DNA from: a bacterium | GTDB taxonomy: Bacteria > Acidobacteriota > Blastocatellia > HR10 | Direction: 5' to 3' | DNA: 64,000 bases | Assembly (NCBI GenBank): GCA_041640655.1 | Contig: JBEPZV010000001.1 | Location: 96,001 to 160,000 of the forward strand | Notes under the pieces: model-generated | Seen by the model: only the letters and a program-made list of their open reading frames with translations | Database searches by the model: none | What the model was told of the DNA's origin: nothing | Position numbers and translations under genes: made by a program | Shown here: piece by piece, positions 47,589 through 57,671 of the stretch | How the letters are laid out: each line of letters opens with the position of its first letter | Numbering within the stretch: the first letter of the stretch is position 1

Positions 47589-48626
47589 ATGAGACTCCAT
47601 TATCTCTTGGACACGCACGCCGGACCATATGACCGTCCGATCCCGACGCGCGAGGAGGTGAGCGCGTTCATCGATCAGCTCTACCGCGAGATCGAACTGG
47701 CCGAAGCGGGCGGGTTCGATGCGATCGTCGTGCCCGAGCGTCACGGTCGCACCGAATGCTTCTTCCCCTCGTCGCTGGTGCTGCTGTCGGTCATCGCCGC
47801 GCGAACGAGCCGCCTTCGCCTGGGCAGTTACATCCTCGTGCTCCCCCTGCATCATCCGATCCACGTGGCCGAACAGGTGGCCATGATCGATCAGGTCTCG
47901 CGCGGACGCGTCATCTTCGGCGTCGCCGCCGGATACCATTCCGGATACAGCCGAATGTTCGGCATCCCTCATCACGAACGCGGCGCCCGATTCGAGGAGC
48001 AGGTCGAGATCATCAAACTCGCGTGGACCGAAGAGCGGTTCTCTTACCACGGCCGATACTATCACTTCACCGACGTCATGGTCACCCCCAAGCCCTATCA
48101 AACACCGATGCCCGAGTGGTGGGTCGGAGGGATGTTCCCCAAGACGATCGCCCGGGCCGGGCGCATCGGCGACGCCTGGTGTAGCGATCCGTTCCCCCTC
48201 GATCGCCAGGTCTGGCTCGAGCAGGTCCGCCTCTATCGCGAGGCGGCGCGCGCGGCCGGACGTCCGTCGAAGGTCATCCTCATGCGCGACGGATGGGTGG
48301 CGCCCACGCGCCAGGAGGCCGAGGAGGTGTTCGGACGGCTCGCCGTCGAAGAGTGGCTCTTTTACTTCCGATGGGGCATCCTCACGCACCATCCGGAGTT
48401 CCAGTCCGAATCCGATTTCACCCTCGAACGCGCCAGCCGTCACTTCGTCCTCGGGACTCCGGAGGACTGCATCCGACAAATCGAGATGTACGCGCGCGAG
48501 TACGATGTGGATGAGATCGTCATGCGCTTCCGCCTGCCCAAGGGGCCGCGATGGGATCAGGTCCTGCACTGCCTCGCCCTCTTCGGACGCGAGGTCGTGC
48601 CGTATTTCCATGGGAAGGCCTCATGA
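47589..48626 (+). CDS. LLM-class flavin-dependent oxidoreductase, paralogue of the upstream gene
   Basis: GFDAIVVPERH, HPIHVAEQVAMID, PKPYQ. Confidence 0.9.
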   Translation: MRLHYLLDTHAGPYDRPIPTREEVSAFIDQLYREIELAEAGGFDAIVVPERHGRTECFFPSSLVLLSVIAARTSRLRLGSYILVLPLHHPIHVAEQVAMIDQVSRGRVIFGVAAGYHSGYSRMFGIPHHERGARFEEQVEIIKLAWTEERFSYHGRYYHFTDVMVTPKPYQTPMPEWWVGGMFPKTIARAGRIGDAWCSDPFPLDRQVWLEQVRLYREAARAAGRPSKVILMRDGWVAPTRQEAEEVFGRLAVEEWLFYFRWGILTHHPEFQSESDFTLERASRHFVLGTPEDCIRQIEMYAREYDVDEIVMRFRLPKGPRWDQVLHCLALFGREVVPYFHGKAS

Positions 48627-49144
48627 CGAAGATCCTCGAACGCAACGTCAACGTGAAGATCTTCGACGATCGCGGGCCATCCCTGCGCGTGCAGGGATCG
48701 CTGCTTGATGTCGAGCACAGCTTTCACCTGGAGTTGATCGTGGAGGTCCAGACCGGACGTATCCTCTCCGCGCGCGCGGAGATGATCAAGCGCCCGTATC
48801 CCACGCTGTGCCCGCCCGCGTTGCAAAACGTCGCCCGCCTGGAGGGAGAGGTCATCGGACGGGGAATCAATCGGCGGATCGCCGAGCTCCTCGGCGGCGC
48901 GAGCGGATGCGTCCATCTTGTGGAGGTCGCCCAATCCGCCGTTCGCTTCACGGCCACCTATCTCATCGATCGGCGCACGGGGATGAGCGAAGAGGGATTG
49001 AGCGGACTCTCCGAGCACGAACATCGCCAGCGCTGGCTGCCCTTGCTGAAGAATACCTGCCATGTCTTCCGCGTGGAGGAGACGGAGCGCGCGCCGGTCC
49101 CCGAACACTCGAGCGCCGAGGGGCCTCGACCTCCGCATGTGTGA
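48623..49144 (+). CDS. DUF2889-like protein
   Basis: DVEH, PYPTLC, LGGASGCVHL, NTCH. Confidence 0.7.
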   Translation: MTKILERNVNVKIFDDRGPSLRVQGSLLDVEHSFHLELIVEVQTGRILSARAEMIKRPYPTLCPPALQNVARLEGEVIGRGINRRIAELLGGASGCVHLVEVAQSAVRFTATYLIDRRTGMSEEGLSGLSEHEHRQRWLPLLKNTCHVFRVEETERAPVPEHSSAEGPRPPHV

Positions 49145-49178
49145 TCCATTCCCCGGAAGGGAGAAAGGAGGGAGAGAG

Positions 49179-52130
49179 ATGCGTTCACCGATCCGTTCCA
49201 TTCGCCGCGCGAGCCTCGTGAGGAGGGAACACATGGTCCTTTGTGAACTGATGGGACTCGCGCTTTGGTGTGGCACCCTGGCCCTGGCGGCGCAGACGCC
49301 GGCCATGGCGAGTCTGAGTGGGAGCGTGACCGATCCGGCGGGGAATGTCGTCGCCAGCGCACAGGTGAGCGTTCGGAATTTGGATACGGGCATCCTGCAA
49401 CGGGTCGAGACCAGCGAGCGCGGCATCTATCAGTTCGTCTCGCTGCCGCCGGGACGATACGAGCTGAAGGTGGAGGCCGTCGGCTTCGCCACGAGCGTCA
49501 TCCCGGAGGTCCGATTGACGGTGGGACAGGCGGCGACGGTGGACGTCACCTTGAAGGTGGGGACCGTTCAAGAGACGATCGAGGTGACGGCGCCGACGCC
49601 TCTGGTCGAGCCCACGCGCACGAGCCTCGCCCAGGTGCTGGAGGAGCGACAGGTTCATGAGCTGCCCATCAACACGCGGAACTTCGTGCAACTGACGCTC
49701 ATCACGCCCAAGGTCGTTCCGGCCAGCGCGGCCAGCGGACGCGGCGCCTACATGGGCGATCGGTATAAGGAGAATCAGTTCAGCTTCAGCGGACTGCGCT
49801 ATCAATTCAATTACCAGACGGTGGACGGGGCATCCTCCTACGTGTGGACGGCCAACGTGGTGAAGTCGTTCTACTCGCTGGAGACGGTCAAAGAGTTCCG
49901 CGTGCTCAACAGCCTCTACACGGTCGAGCAGGGACACGCGATGGGGGGGATCATCACCGTGATCACGCGCTCGGGGACGAACGAATGGCATGGGACGCTC
50001 TACGAGTTCCTGCGCAACGATAAGCTCGATAAGACGGACATCCTGACGACGCCGGGCTTCAGCGCCTTCCGCCGGAATCAATTCGGAGCGGCCGTGGGGG
50101 GACCGCTGGCGCGGGATCGCGTCTTTGTCTTCGGCAACTACGAAGGGCAGCGACAGGCCAAGGCCCCGCGCTTCCCCGCCGTCTACCTGCAAAATCTCGA
50201 CGCCATCAATGCCGCTCTGGCGCGCTTGGGCTTCCCGCCGGAGACGCCCTATGTCCTGCAGACGGCCGATACAGATCAGTTCCTCCTCCGGTTCGACGCC
50301 CTGCTCAGTCCGGTCCACAACCTGATGGGGCGCTATAACTTCTACAACACCGAGAACGCGAACGATCGGATCGGAGCCTCGGGCGTGACCGGGGAGCCGA
50401 TCACCACGCTCGCCGCGCGACACCACCGGTTACGCGATCAGGGCGTGGTGCTCTCGCTCAACTCCACGCCGTCCTCTCGCTGGGTCAACGCCGCCGTCTT
50501 CGGCTTCGAGAAGCATCGCTATCGGCTCGATCCGAGACCCGGCGTGCCCTTGATCGAGCTGGCCGTCGTCGGCGCCTTCTCGACGGGCGTCGAAGCCGCC
50601 GATGAACAAGGGCTCAACGAGCGGCGATTCCACCTCTCGGACACGCTCACCTATCTGCGGGGACACCATCAGTTCAAATTCGGCATCGAATATTTGCGCA
50701 CCGACGTCTCCAATCACGTCACGCCGGGGAGCCTCGCGATCATCCCCGGATTATCCGCATTCTTGGCTCCGGAACCCATCGTGGCTCAGGTTCGCATCCA
50801 TCCGGAGCAGTACAAACTGCGCCTTCACATGAAGGCCAATCAGTTCGGATTCTTCCTTCAAGATCAATGGCAAGCGCGGCGGAACCTCACCTTCACTTAC
50901 GGCCTGCGCTACGACGTCGAGCGGATTCGCGGGATCATCGCGCTCTCCGAGGATGATGTGAACAACGTCCAACCGCGCGTGGGCTTCGCCTACGCGTTCG
51001 GCGCGCAACGCCCCACGGTCATCCGCGGCGGCTACGGGATCTTCATCTCGGATCGGTATCACCCATACCTCTTCATTGACGGCTTCGTCCATGGGACGAA
51101 CTTCCCGAGCTTCAATGACGCGTATCGGGCCGCCAACCCCTTCGTGCGAAAGTACAAGCCGCTGCCCGATACCGTCGCCCCGCTGATCATCACCGGAGCG
51201 GGTCCGGCGACGGCAGCGTTCAAGGATTATGTGCTGCGGGGGATCATCCCTTCAGGACCAGCCGCGCTCTTCGTCGTCATCTCGGCGCCGGATCTGCCCA
51301 ATCCGTATGCCCAGCAGTGGAGCCTGGAGGTCGAGCGACAATTGACTCCTTCTTGGGCCGTGACCCTCGGCTATTCGGGCCTGCGCTCGTTCAAGCTGCC
51401 GCTGCTCATCAATCACAACCTGAGGCCAGCCGTCGCCAAGCTCCCCAGCGGCAAGAACGATTATCAAGCCCAACTCTATGATCCGCGCTTTGGCGTGACC
51501 TACATCGGGCAACCGTTCGGCTCTTCGATCTATCATGCGGGGACGCTCACCGTGCGCCGGATGTTCGCGCGCCACATCGGACTCACAGCGAACTACGTCT
51601 TCTCGCGAGCGATTGACAACGGAGCGGGCAACAGCACCTTCATCGCGCCGGAGGACCCGTACAACACGCGGCTCGATCGAGCGCTCTCGGCCGAACACGC
51701 CAAGCATCGGTTCACCCTGAGCCTGATGGCCGACGCTCCCGCCTCCTGGCCCGGACTTCGAGGATTCGGCGTGCGGCTCCTGGCCATCGCCCAAAGCCCG
51801 CGATATTTCAACGTGACGGTCGGCTCCGATGTCAATCGCGATCTGAACGCCGTGACGGATCGCCCCGATGTGCTCGGTCGCAATACCTGGCGAGGAGATG
51901 ACTACGTCACCTTCGATCTGCGCATCCTGCGCCGGTTCCAGTTCCGAGAGCGCTACGGGCTGGAGGCCGTGGTCGAGTTCTACAATCTCTTCAATCGCGT
52001 GAATATCACCGATCTCTTCACCGTCTGGGGGCGTCCGACGCTGGCGCAACCCCCGATTGCCACCTTCAACACGCCACGCGCCGTCGGCGATGCCTTCAAG
52101 ACCCAACTCGCCTTGAAGTTCACCTTTTGA
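49179..52130 (+). CDS. TonB-dependent receptor, Oar-like
   Basis: LPINTRNFVQL, TRSGTNEWHGTLYEFLRN, EFYNLFNRVN, QLALKFTF. Confidence 0.92.
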   Translation: MRSPIRSIRRASLVRREHMVLCELMGLALWCGTLALAAQTPAMASLSGSVTDPAGNVVASAQVSVRNLDTGILQRVETSERGIYQFVSLPPGRYELKVEAVGFATSVIPEVRLTVGQAATVDVTLKVGTVQETIEVTAPTPLVEPTRTSLAQVLEERQVHELPINTRNFVQLTLITPKVVPASAASGRGAYMGDRYKENQFSFSGLRYQFNYQTVDGASSYVWTANVVKSFYSLETVKEFRVLNSLYTVEQGHAMGGIITVITRSGTNEWHGTLYEFLRNDKLDKTDILTTPGFSAFRRNQFGAAVGGPLARDRVFVFGNYEGQRQAKAPRFPAVYLQNLDAINAALARLGFPPETPYVLQTADTDQFLLRFDALLSPVHNLMGRYNFYNTENANDRIGASGVTGEPITTLAARHHRLRDQGVVLSLNSTPSSRWVNAAVFGFEKHRYRLDPRPGVPLIELAVVGAFSTGVEAADEQGLNERRFHLSDTLTYLRGHHQFKFGIEYLRTDVSNHVTPGSLAIIPGLSAFLAPEPIVAQVRIHPEQYKLRLHMKANQFGFFLQDQWQARRNLTFTYGLRYDVERIRGIIALSEDDVNNVQPRVGFAYAFGAQRPTVIRGGYGIFISDRYHPYLFIDGFVHGTNFPSFNDAYRAANPFVRKYKPLPDTVAPLIITGAGPATAAFKDYVLRGIIPSGPAALFVVISAPDLPNPYAQQWSLEVERQLTPSWAVTLGYSGLRSFKLPLLINHNLRPAVAKLPSGKNDYQAQLYDPRFGVTYIGQPFGSSIYHAGTLTVRRMFARHIGLTANYVFSRAIDNGAGNSTFIAPEDPYNTRLDRALSAEHAKHRFTLSLMADAPASWPGLRGFGVRLLAIAQSPRYFNVTVGSDVNRDLNAVTDRPDVLGRNTWRGDDYVTFDLRILRRFQFRERYGLEAVVEFYNLFNRVNITDLFTVWGRPTLAQPPIATFNTPRAVGDAFKTQLALKFTF

Positions 52131-52217
52131 GGACGTTCGAAAGCGAAGGGTCCACAAGAAGCCGCGCCCGCTCGCCCCTGAAGTGCGGGCGGTCGAGAAC
52201 GATTCGAGGAGGAGAAG

Positions 52218-52799
52218 ATGCCCGCTGTCCCGTTAAAAGATGTGAACGATCTTCCGCCTGACCTGCAGCATCTCATCGCCGAGTATGACGCGTGGATCGG
52301 AGATACGACCTTCGCCCGCGTCATCGCCCATCGGCCCGAGGCCTTTCGGGCGTTTCACGCCTTGTACGTGTCGCTGCTCGAGGGCCGCGTCGAATCGGCG
52401 ATCAAGGAGCTGGCCCGACTGCGACTCGCGCGACTGAACGGATGTGCGTACTGAACGGCGGCGAATCTCGCCTGGGCCAGGCGAAACCAAATCCCCGAGG
52501 AGAAGATCCGCGGGCTCGATGACCCCGAGCGCGGGCCATTCACACCCCGCGAGAGGGCCGTCCTGAAACTGGCCGAGATCATGGCGCATCGCTCGCAGAT
52601 CGTCCTGGAAGCGGCGGTGCTGGAGGAGCTGAAGCGCGAGCTGACCGACGAGGAGCTCGTGGAGCTCGGCATGTACTTCGCGCTCGTCACCGGATTTCAG
52701 AAGTTCAACACCGCGTTCCGCATCCTCTACGCCTGCGCGACGGAGCCGTCCACCTCACCCGGCGGCGCCGATTTGACAGAGGAACGGGAGATGCGATAA
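52218..52799 (+). CDS. AhpD/carboxymuconolactone-decarboxylase-family protein with in-frame UGA (CxxU), probable selenoprotein
   Basis: KELARLRLARLNGCAY-TGA(52452-52454)-TAANLAW...FTPRERAVLKLAE...ELVELG in one frame; hairpin just downstream of the TGA. Confidence 0.8.
52468..52484 (+). promoter_or_regulatory. Candidate bacterial SECIS hairpin
   Basis: TCGCCTG-GGC-CAGGCGA starting 14 nt after the UGA, with a G-initiated loop. Confidence 0.6.
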
Positions 52800-52803
52800 A
52801 GTC

Positions 52804-52831
52804 CGTTGACCAAACGGACGTTTGGTCAACG
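52804..52831. promoter_or_regulatory. TetR-type operator copy 3, perfect 13-bp arms
   Basis: CGTTGACCAAACG-GA-CGTTTGGTCAACG immediately before the RBS of the VOC gene. Confidence 0.75.
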
Positions 52832-52844
52832 AGGAGGCAGCGGC

Positions 52845-53261
52845 ATGATCGGCGGCGTGAATCACATCGCGCTTTTGGTCGCGGACCTGGAGGCGAGCAT
52901 CGAACGCTTCCAGCGCCTGTTGGGAGCGACGCTTCGGGAGCGCAGCTTCTTGCCCGAATCCAAGACCGAGGTGGCCGTGCTCGAGATCGGGGGCGTCCAC
53001 CTGGAGTTGCTCAGCGCGCGGGATCCGGATACCAAGGTCGGGCGCTTGCTCCGAGAGCGCGGGGAGGGGATCCACCACATCTCGTTTCACGCTCACGGCC
53101 TGGAGGCCGAATTGGCGCGCCTGCGCGAACAAGGGGCGCGCGTCCTCGATCCCCAACCGCGCACCGGATTGCATGGGCGGAAGATCGCGTTCCTCAATAT
53201 GGGCACAAACGGCGAGATCCTCATCGAGCTGGCCGAGGAGCCGAGCGAGTCCGCGGGCTGA
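52845..53261 (+). CDS. Methylmalonyl-CoA epimerase-like VOC protein
   Basis: NHIALLVADL, LELL, GEGIHHISF, LIELAE. Confidence 0.85.
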   Translation: MIGGVNHIALLVADLEASIERFQRLLGATLRERSFLPESKTEVAVLEIGGVHLELLSARDPDTKVGRLLRERGEGIHHISFHAHGLEAELARLREQGARVLDPQPRTGLHGRKIAFLNMGTNGEILIELAEEPSESAG

Positions 53262-53271
53262 GGAGAGTCAT

Positions 53272-54126
53272 ATGAAGGGAGCCATTGACGTCTGGTGCAA
53301 CCCGTTTACGCCCTCGGGGATCAAGCACCTCTTCCTCGACAACGAGGAAGTCTACTTCATGATGGGGATTCAATGGGGACGCGCCGAGAATATGAAGGGG
53401 CATGAGCCGCGCGAGTTCATCGCGATGATGGACCGGCTCGGCATCGAGAAGGTCTGCGTCCCCGCGCTCAAGCAGGCGTTCTATCGGAAGAACAAGATGG
53501 GCGCCGACTTCGCCTACGAGGAGATCGCCGAGCTGGTGCGGGCGTATCCGGATCGCATCGTGGGATTGGCCGGCATCAATCCCTTCGAGCGCATGCAGGG
53601 CGTGCGCCAGCTCGAACGGGCCGTTCGCGAGTACGGCTTCCGCGGCGCCCATATCCATCCGTACGGGTTCGGACTCCCGCTCAATGCGGCCGAGTGGTAC
53701 CCCTTCTACGCCAAATGCGCGGAGCTGGACATCCCGATCGTCATCCAGACGGGCCATTCGGCCGAGTTCATGCCGAGCGCCTGCGGTCGCCCGATCCTGC
53801 TCGACGACGTCGCCCTCTATTTCCCCGAGCTGCGATTGGTCGCCGCGCATACGGGATGGCCCTGGGTCGAGGAGCTGATCGCCCTGGCATGGAAACATCC
53901 TAACGTCTATATCGCCGTCAGCGGACATGCTCCGAAATATTGGGACAAGTCGCTCGTTCACTTCCTCAACTCGCGCGGCATTGGGAAGGTGATGTGGGGG
54001 ACGGATTATCCGCTCATCCTGCATGAGGAGAGCCTGACGCAGATCGAACAGCTCGGGTTGAAGCCGGAGGCCAAGCGGGCGCTCCTGCGGGAGACGGCCG
54101 TGAAGGTCTTCAAGTTCGAGGAGTGA
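53272..54126 (+). CDS. Amidohydrolase_2 family protein
   Basis: YPDRIVG, YPFYAKCAELDIP, FPELRLVAAHTGWPW, KVMWGTDYP. Confidence 0.88.
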   Translation: MKGAIDVWCNPFTPSGIKHLFLDNEEVYFMMGIQWGRAENMKGHEPREFIAMMDRLGIEKVCVPALKQAFYRKNKMGADFAYEEIAELVRAYPDRIVGLAGINPFERMQGVRQLERAVREYGFRGAHIHPYGFGLPLNAAEWYPFYAKCAELDIPIVIQTGHSAEFMPSACGRPILLDDVALYFPELRLVAAHTGWPWVEELIALAWKHPNVYIAVSGHAPKYWDKSLVHFLNSRGIGKVMWGTDYPLILHEESLTQIEQLGLKPEAKRALLRETAVKVFKFEE

Positions 54127-54129
54127 GCC

Positions 54130-54921
54130 GTGTCCGACTATCGGTTCCTGACGATCCATCGGGACGAGGGCGTGGCGGAGGTCATCCTGCGGAAGCCGCC
54201 GATGAACACGCTGGATCCCGCGCTCTACCAGGAGCTGATGCGCGTGAGCGAGGAGTTGGAGGCCGATGAGCGGACGCGCGCCGTCGTCTTCACGAGCGCT
54301 CTGGAGCGGGTCTTCATCGCCGGAGCGGACATCAAGCAGATGGCCGAATATCGGTTCGAGCGGAAACCGTTGGAGCGAAAGATCGAGCTGGTCCACGCCA
54401 CCTTCACCCGCGTGGAGCGCCTCTCCAAGCCGACGGTGGCGGCCATCACCGGACACGCCCTCGGCGGGGGATGCGAATTCGCACTAGCGCTCGACTTCCG
54501 CTTCATGTCCAAGGGGGCACCGCGCATCGGATTGCCGGAGGTCAAACTGGGCATCCTCCCCGGAGGAGGGGGGACGCAACGCCTGCCCCGGTTGATCGGT
54601 CGCATGCGCGCGGCGGAGCTGATCATGACCGGAGAGCTTCTCGACGCCGAGCGCGCGGAGGCCATCGGGCTGATCACGCGCGCCTGTGAGCCGGAACGCA
54701 CGCGAGCAGAGGCGCTCGAGTTCGCGCGCCGTCTGGCGGCGCAAGCCCCGCTGGCCGTGCGCGCCATCAAGCGATGTTTGATCGAATCGGCGGCGACGGA
54801 TCTGGAAACCGGTCTGGCCATCGAAAAACGGTATTGCCTGGAGGCCCTCCTCTCGGAAGATGCGCGCGAGGGGATCACGGCTTTCCTCGAGAAACGTTCT
54901 CCGCATTGGAGGGGGCGATGA
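54130..54921 (+). CDS. Enoyl-CoA hydratase/isomerase
   Basis: FIAGADI, ALGGGCE, GLPEVKLGILPGGGGTQRL. Confidence 0.92.
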   Translation: MSDYRFLTIHRDEGVAEVILRKPPMNTLDPALYQELMRVSEELEADERTRAVVFTSALERVFIAGADIKQMAEYRFERKPLERKIELVHATFTRVERLSKPTVAAITGHALGGGCEFALALDFRFMSKGAPRIGLPEVKLGILPGGGGTQRLPRLIGRMRAAELIMTGELLDAERAEAIGLITRACEPERTRAEALEFARRLAAQAPLAVRAIKRCLIESAATDLETGLAIEKRYCLEALLSEDAREGITAFLEKRSPHWRGR

Positions 54922-56036
54922 GACGCGTGGCCATCCTCGGGGCGGCTCAGACGCGACTGGAGGCCTGCAAGGCCTCGCTCGCGTACAACGAATTGGTCTA
55001 CGGCGTCGTGCGCGAGGTGCTCGATCGCACGGGCGTGCCGATGCGGGAGATCGAGAGCATGGTGACGGCCTCGCAGGATGCCTACGATGGGAAGACCATC
55101 TCCGGGATGGCCATCAACGAGGTCGTCGGGGCGTACCTGAAATCCGAGGCGAAGGTGGCCGCCGACGGACTTCAGGCACTGCTCTATGGCGTCGCCCGCA
55201 TCCTCTCGGGCGAATTCGACCTGACGCTCGTCGTCGCCCATTGCAAGGAGTCGGAGGGGGATCCCGCCGCCATCACGGGCTTGATGTTCGATCCCTTCGT
55301 CCAACGCCCTCTGCACCTCGATGAGCTGACGGCGGCGGCGCTGCAGGCGCGTCGCTACTGTCGGAAGAAGGGGCTCGCTCCGGAGGACGTCGCGCTCGTC
55401 TCGGTGAAGGCGCATCGCCAGGCGCTCAAGAATCCGTACGCTCAGCGGGCCGGGATGTTCAGCGTGTCCGACGTGCTCGCGTCCCCCCTGTTGGCGGATC
55501 CGATCCACGAGCTGGAGGCGGCCCCGCATTCCGACGGCGCCTGCGCGCTGCTGCTGGCGAGCGAGGCGCGCGCGCGCGCCCACACGGATCATCCCGTGTT
55601 CATCGTCGGCATCGGGAACTGCACCGACGCCTATTGGACCGAGCGCGATCTGGCCGAGGCCCGCGCGCTCCAGGAGGCGGCGCGGCGCGCATATGCCATG
55701 GCGGGGATCCGCGAGCCGGCGCGCGAGATTCACGTCGCGGAGATCTCGGCGCGCTATGCGCACGAGGAGTTGATGGCCATCGAAGCGCTCGGCCTCCACC
55801 CGAATCCGGTGGAGCTGATCGCCCAAGAGCGCGCCGCATTCATCAATCCCTCCGGCGGCCCGCTCTGCGGGAATCCCCCCACGGTGAGTGGGCTCGTGCG
55901 CGCCATCGAAGCATATGCGCAATTGAGCGGAGAGGCCGGAGCGCGCCAGATCGAAGGCGCGCGCACGGCCCTGGCCCACGGAGCGGGCGGCATCTGCGGT
56001 CAGAACCAGACGGTCGTGATCCTCCAGAGGGAGTGA
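54918..56036 (+). CDS. Thiolase-fold (SCP2-type) protein lacking the catalytic Cys, Ltp4-like
   Basis: DGACALLLA, INPSGG, ALAHG; AADG at the nucleophile position. Confidence 0.8.
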   Translation: MRRVAILGAAQTRLEACKASLAYNELVYGVVREVLDRTGVPMREIESMVTASQDAYDGKTISGMAINEVVGAYLKSEAKVAADGLQALLYGVARILSGEFDLTLVVAHCKESEGDPAAITGLMFDPFVQRPLHLDELTAAALQARRYCRKKGLAPEDVALVSVKAHRQALKNPYAQRAGMFSVSDVLASPLLADPIHELEAAPHSDGACALLLASEARARAHTDHPVFIVGIGNCTDAYWTERDLAEARALQEAARRAYAMAGIREPAREIHVAEISARYAHEELMAIEALGLHPNPVELIAQERAAFINPSGGPLCGNPPTVSGLVRAIEAYAQLSGEAGARQIEGARTALAHGAGGICGQNQTVVILQRE

Positions 56037-56042
56037 AGGGAT

Positions 56043-57206
56043 ATGCCGCGACGCGTCGCCATCATCGCCACGGGACAGACCAAACACGCCGCGCGACGAC
56101 TCGATGTCAATATCGCCGAGCTGATCACCGAGGCCGTCACCCGCGCCCTTCAGGATGCGGACCTCACGATGCGGGACATTGATGCCGTCCTGCTCGGTAA
56201 TATGGAGCCGTTCGAGGGATTCCTCTTCCCGGAATTGTGGGCCGTCGAAGGGTGGGGGGGGTATATGAAGCCCTCGGTGAAGTTCAATACCGGCGGGACC
56301 GTGGGGACGACCACGGCCATCGCGGCCTACTACTACGTCGCCAGCGGCATCTACGATACGGTGCTGGCCATCGGATTTCAGAAGCAGTCCGAAGGCCATA
56401 CGCAGACGGCGATCACGACAGTGGGCGACCCCATCTGGGAGCGCTCGGTCATGGCCGGAGCCATCGGCAACTTCGCCGTCATGGCGACGACCTATATGCA
56501 CGAGAGCGGCGTGACCGAGGAGCAAGCGGCTAAGGTCGCCGTCAAAGCGCGCCGCAATGCCTGCCTCAACGAATACGCGCATCTGCAGATGCCCGACATC
56601 ACCGTCGAAGATGTCTTGAAGTCCGAGATGCTCGCCTATCCGGTGAAGCGACTCGACATGTGCCCGCAGTCGGATGGGGCGGTCGCCGTCATCTTCGCCG
56701 AGGAGTCGAAGGCGCAGAAGCTCTGTCCGCGGCCGGCGTGGATCAAGGCCGTCGCGACGGCGCACGAACAGCAGTACATGGGGGACAGCCCCAAACGCTT
56801 GGCCGAGATGCGGAGTTTGATCGCGGCGTCGCGTCGCGCCTATCAGGCCGCGGGGATCACGAATCCGCGCCGGGAGCTGGATGTCGCCGAGATCTACGAG
56901 GTCGCCTCGTTCGCCGAATTGGCCATGTACGAGAATCTCGGATTTTGCGAACGGGGCGAAGGGGGGAAACTCATCGACGCCGGAGTCACCGAGTTGACCG
57001 GAGAGTTGCCGGTCAACCCCTCGGGCGGCGTCCTGTCCACGAATCCGATCGGCGCGACGGCGCTCATTCGCGTCGCCGAAGCCGCCTTGCAGATCATGGG
57101 CAAGGCGGGGAGACGACAGGTCGAGGGCGCGCGCACGGCCCTGGCCACGGGATACGGAGGGAACGCATGGACCGACATCCTCATCCTGAGTCGCGAGAAG
57201 CCGTGA
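56043..57206 (+). CDS. Thiolase-fold (SCP2-type) protein lacking the catalytic Cys, Ltp3-like
   Basis: TGGTVG at the nucleophile loop, CPQSDGA, VAEIY, PVNPSGGVLSTNPIGA. Confidence 0.85.
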   Translation: MPRRVAIIATGQTKHAARRLDVNIAELITEAVTRALQDADLTMRDIDAVLLGNMEPFEGFLFPELWAVEGWGGYMKPSVKFNTGGTVGTTTAIAAYYYVASGIYDTVLAIGFQKQSEGHTQTAITTVGDPIWERSVMAGAIGNFAVMATTYMHESGVTEEQAAKVAVKARRNACLNEYAHLQMPDITVEDVLKSEMLAYPVKRLDMCPQSDGAVAVIFAEESKAQKLCPRPAWIKAVATAHEQQYMGDSPKRLAEMRSLIAASRRAYQAAGITNPRRELDVAEIYEVASFAELAMYENLGFCERGEGGKLIDAGVTELTGELPVNPSGGVLSTNPIGATALIRVAEAALQIMGKAGRRQVEGARTALATGYGGNAWTDILILSREKP

Positions 57207-57670
57207 GCCGGGAGGAGACGACGCTCCGCGTCCCCTTCCTCCTGGACATGGAATATCGCTACGCCGTCGGCCAATACGGGAGGCGATTTTTCGCCGAACT
57301 GCGCGATCGCGCCCGCCTGATGGGCGTGCGCTGCCCCGAGTGCGAACGGGTCTATGTGCCGCCGCGCCCCGTCTGCGGCATCTGCTACTGCGAGTTGCAT
57401 GAATGGGTCGAGGTCGGCCCCGAAGGGACGATCGTCGGATGGACCGTCGTGCGTATCCCCTTCATTGATCCCATGACCGGCGAGCAGCGCCCCGTCCCCT
57501 ACGGCTTCGCCATCATCCGCCTGGATGGCGCGGCGACGAGCCTCTACCACTTCCTGGACGAGACCGACGAACGCAAGATTCGCGTCGGACAGCGCGTGCG
57601 CGCCGTCTTTCGGGAGAAACGCGAGGGATCGCTGCGCGACATCCTCCACTTCCGCCTCCTCGAGGAGTGA
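57203..57670 (+). CDS. DUF35 Zn-ribbon/OB-fold protein
   Basis: CPECERVYVPPRPVCGIC, IRLDGA, VGQRVRAVF. Confidence 0.88.
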   Translation: MSREETTLRVPFLLDMEYRYAVGQYGRRFFAELRDRARLMGVRCPECERVYVPPRPVCGICYCELHEWVEVGPEGTIVGWTVVRIPFIDPMTGEQRPVPYGFAIIRLDGAATSLYHFLDETDERKIRVGQRVRAVFREKREGSLRDILHFRLLEE

Positions 57671-57671
57671 G

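Noticed and set aside
54225..56765. Long antisense ORFs (this 846-aa one, also 42859-44745, 35178-36554 and 14747-15955)
   Set aside because: They lie opposite well-supported genes in high-GC DNA and show no motifs.
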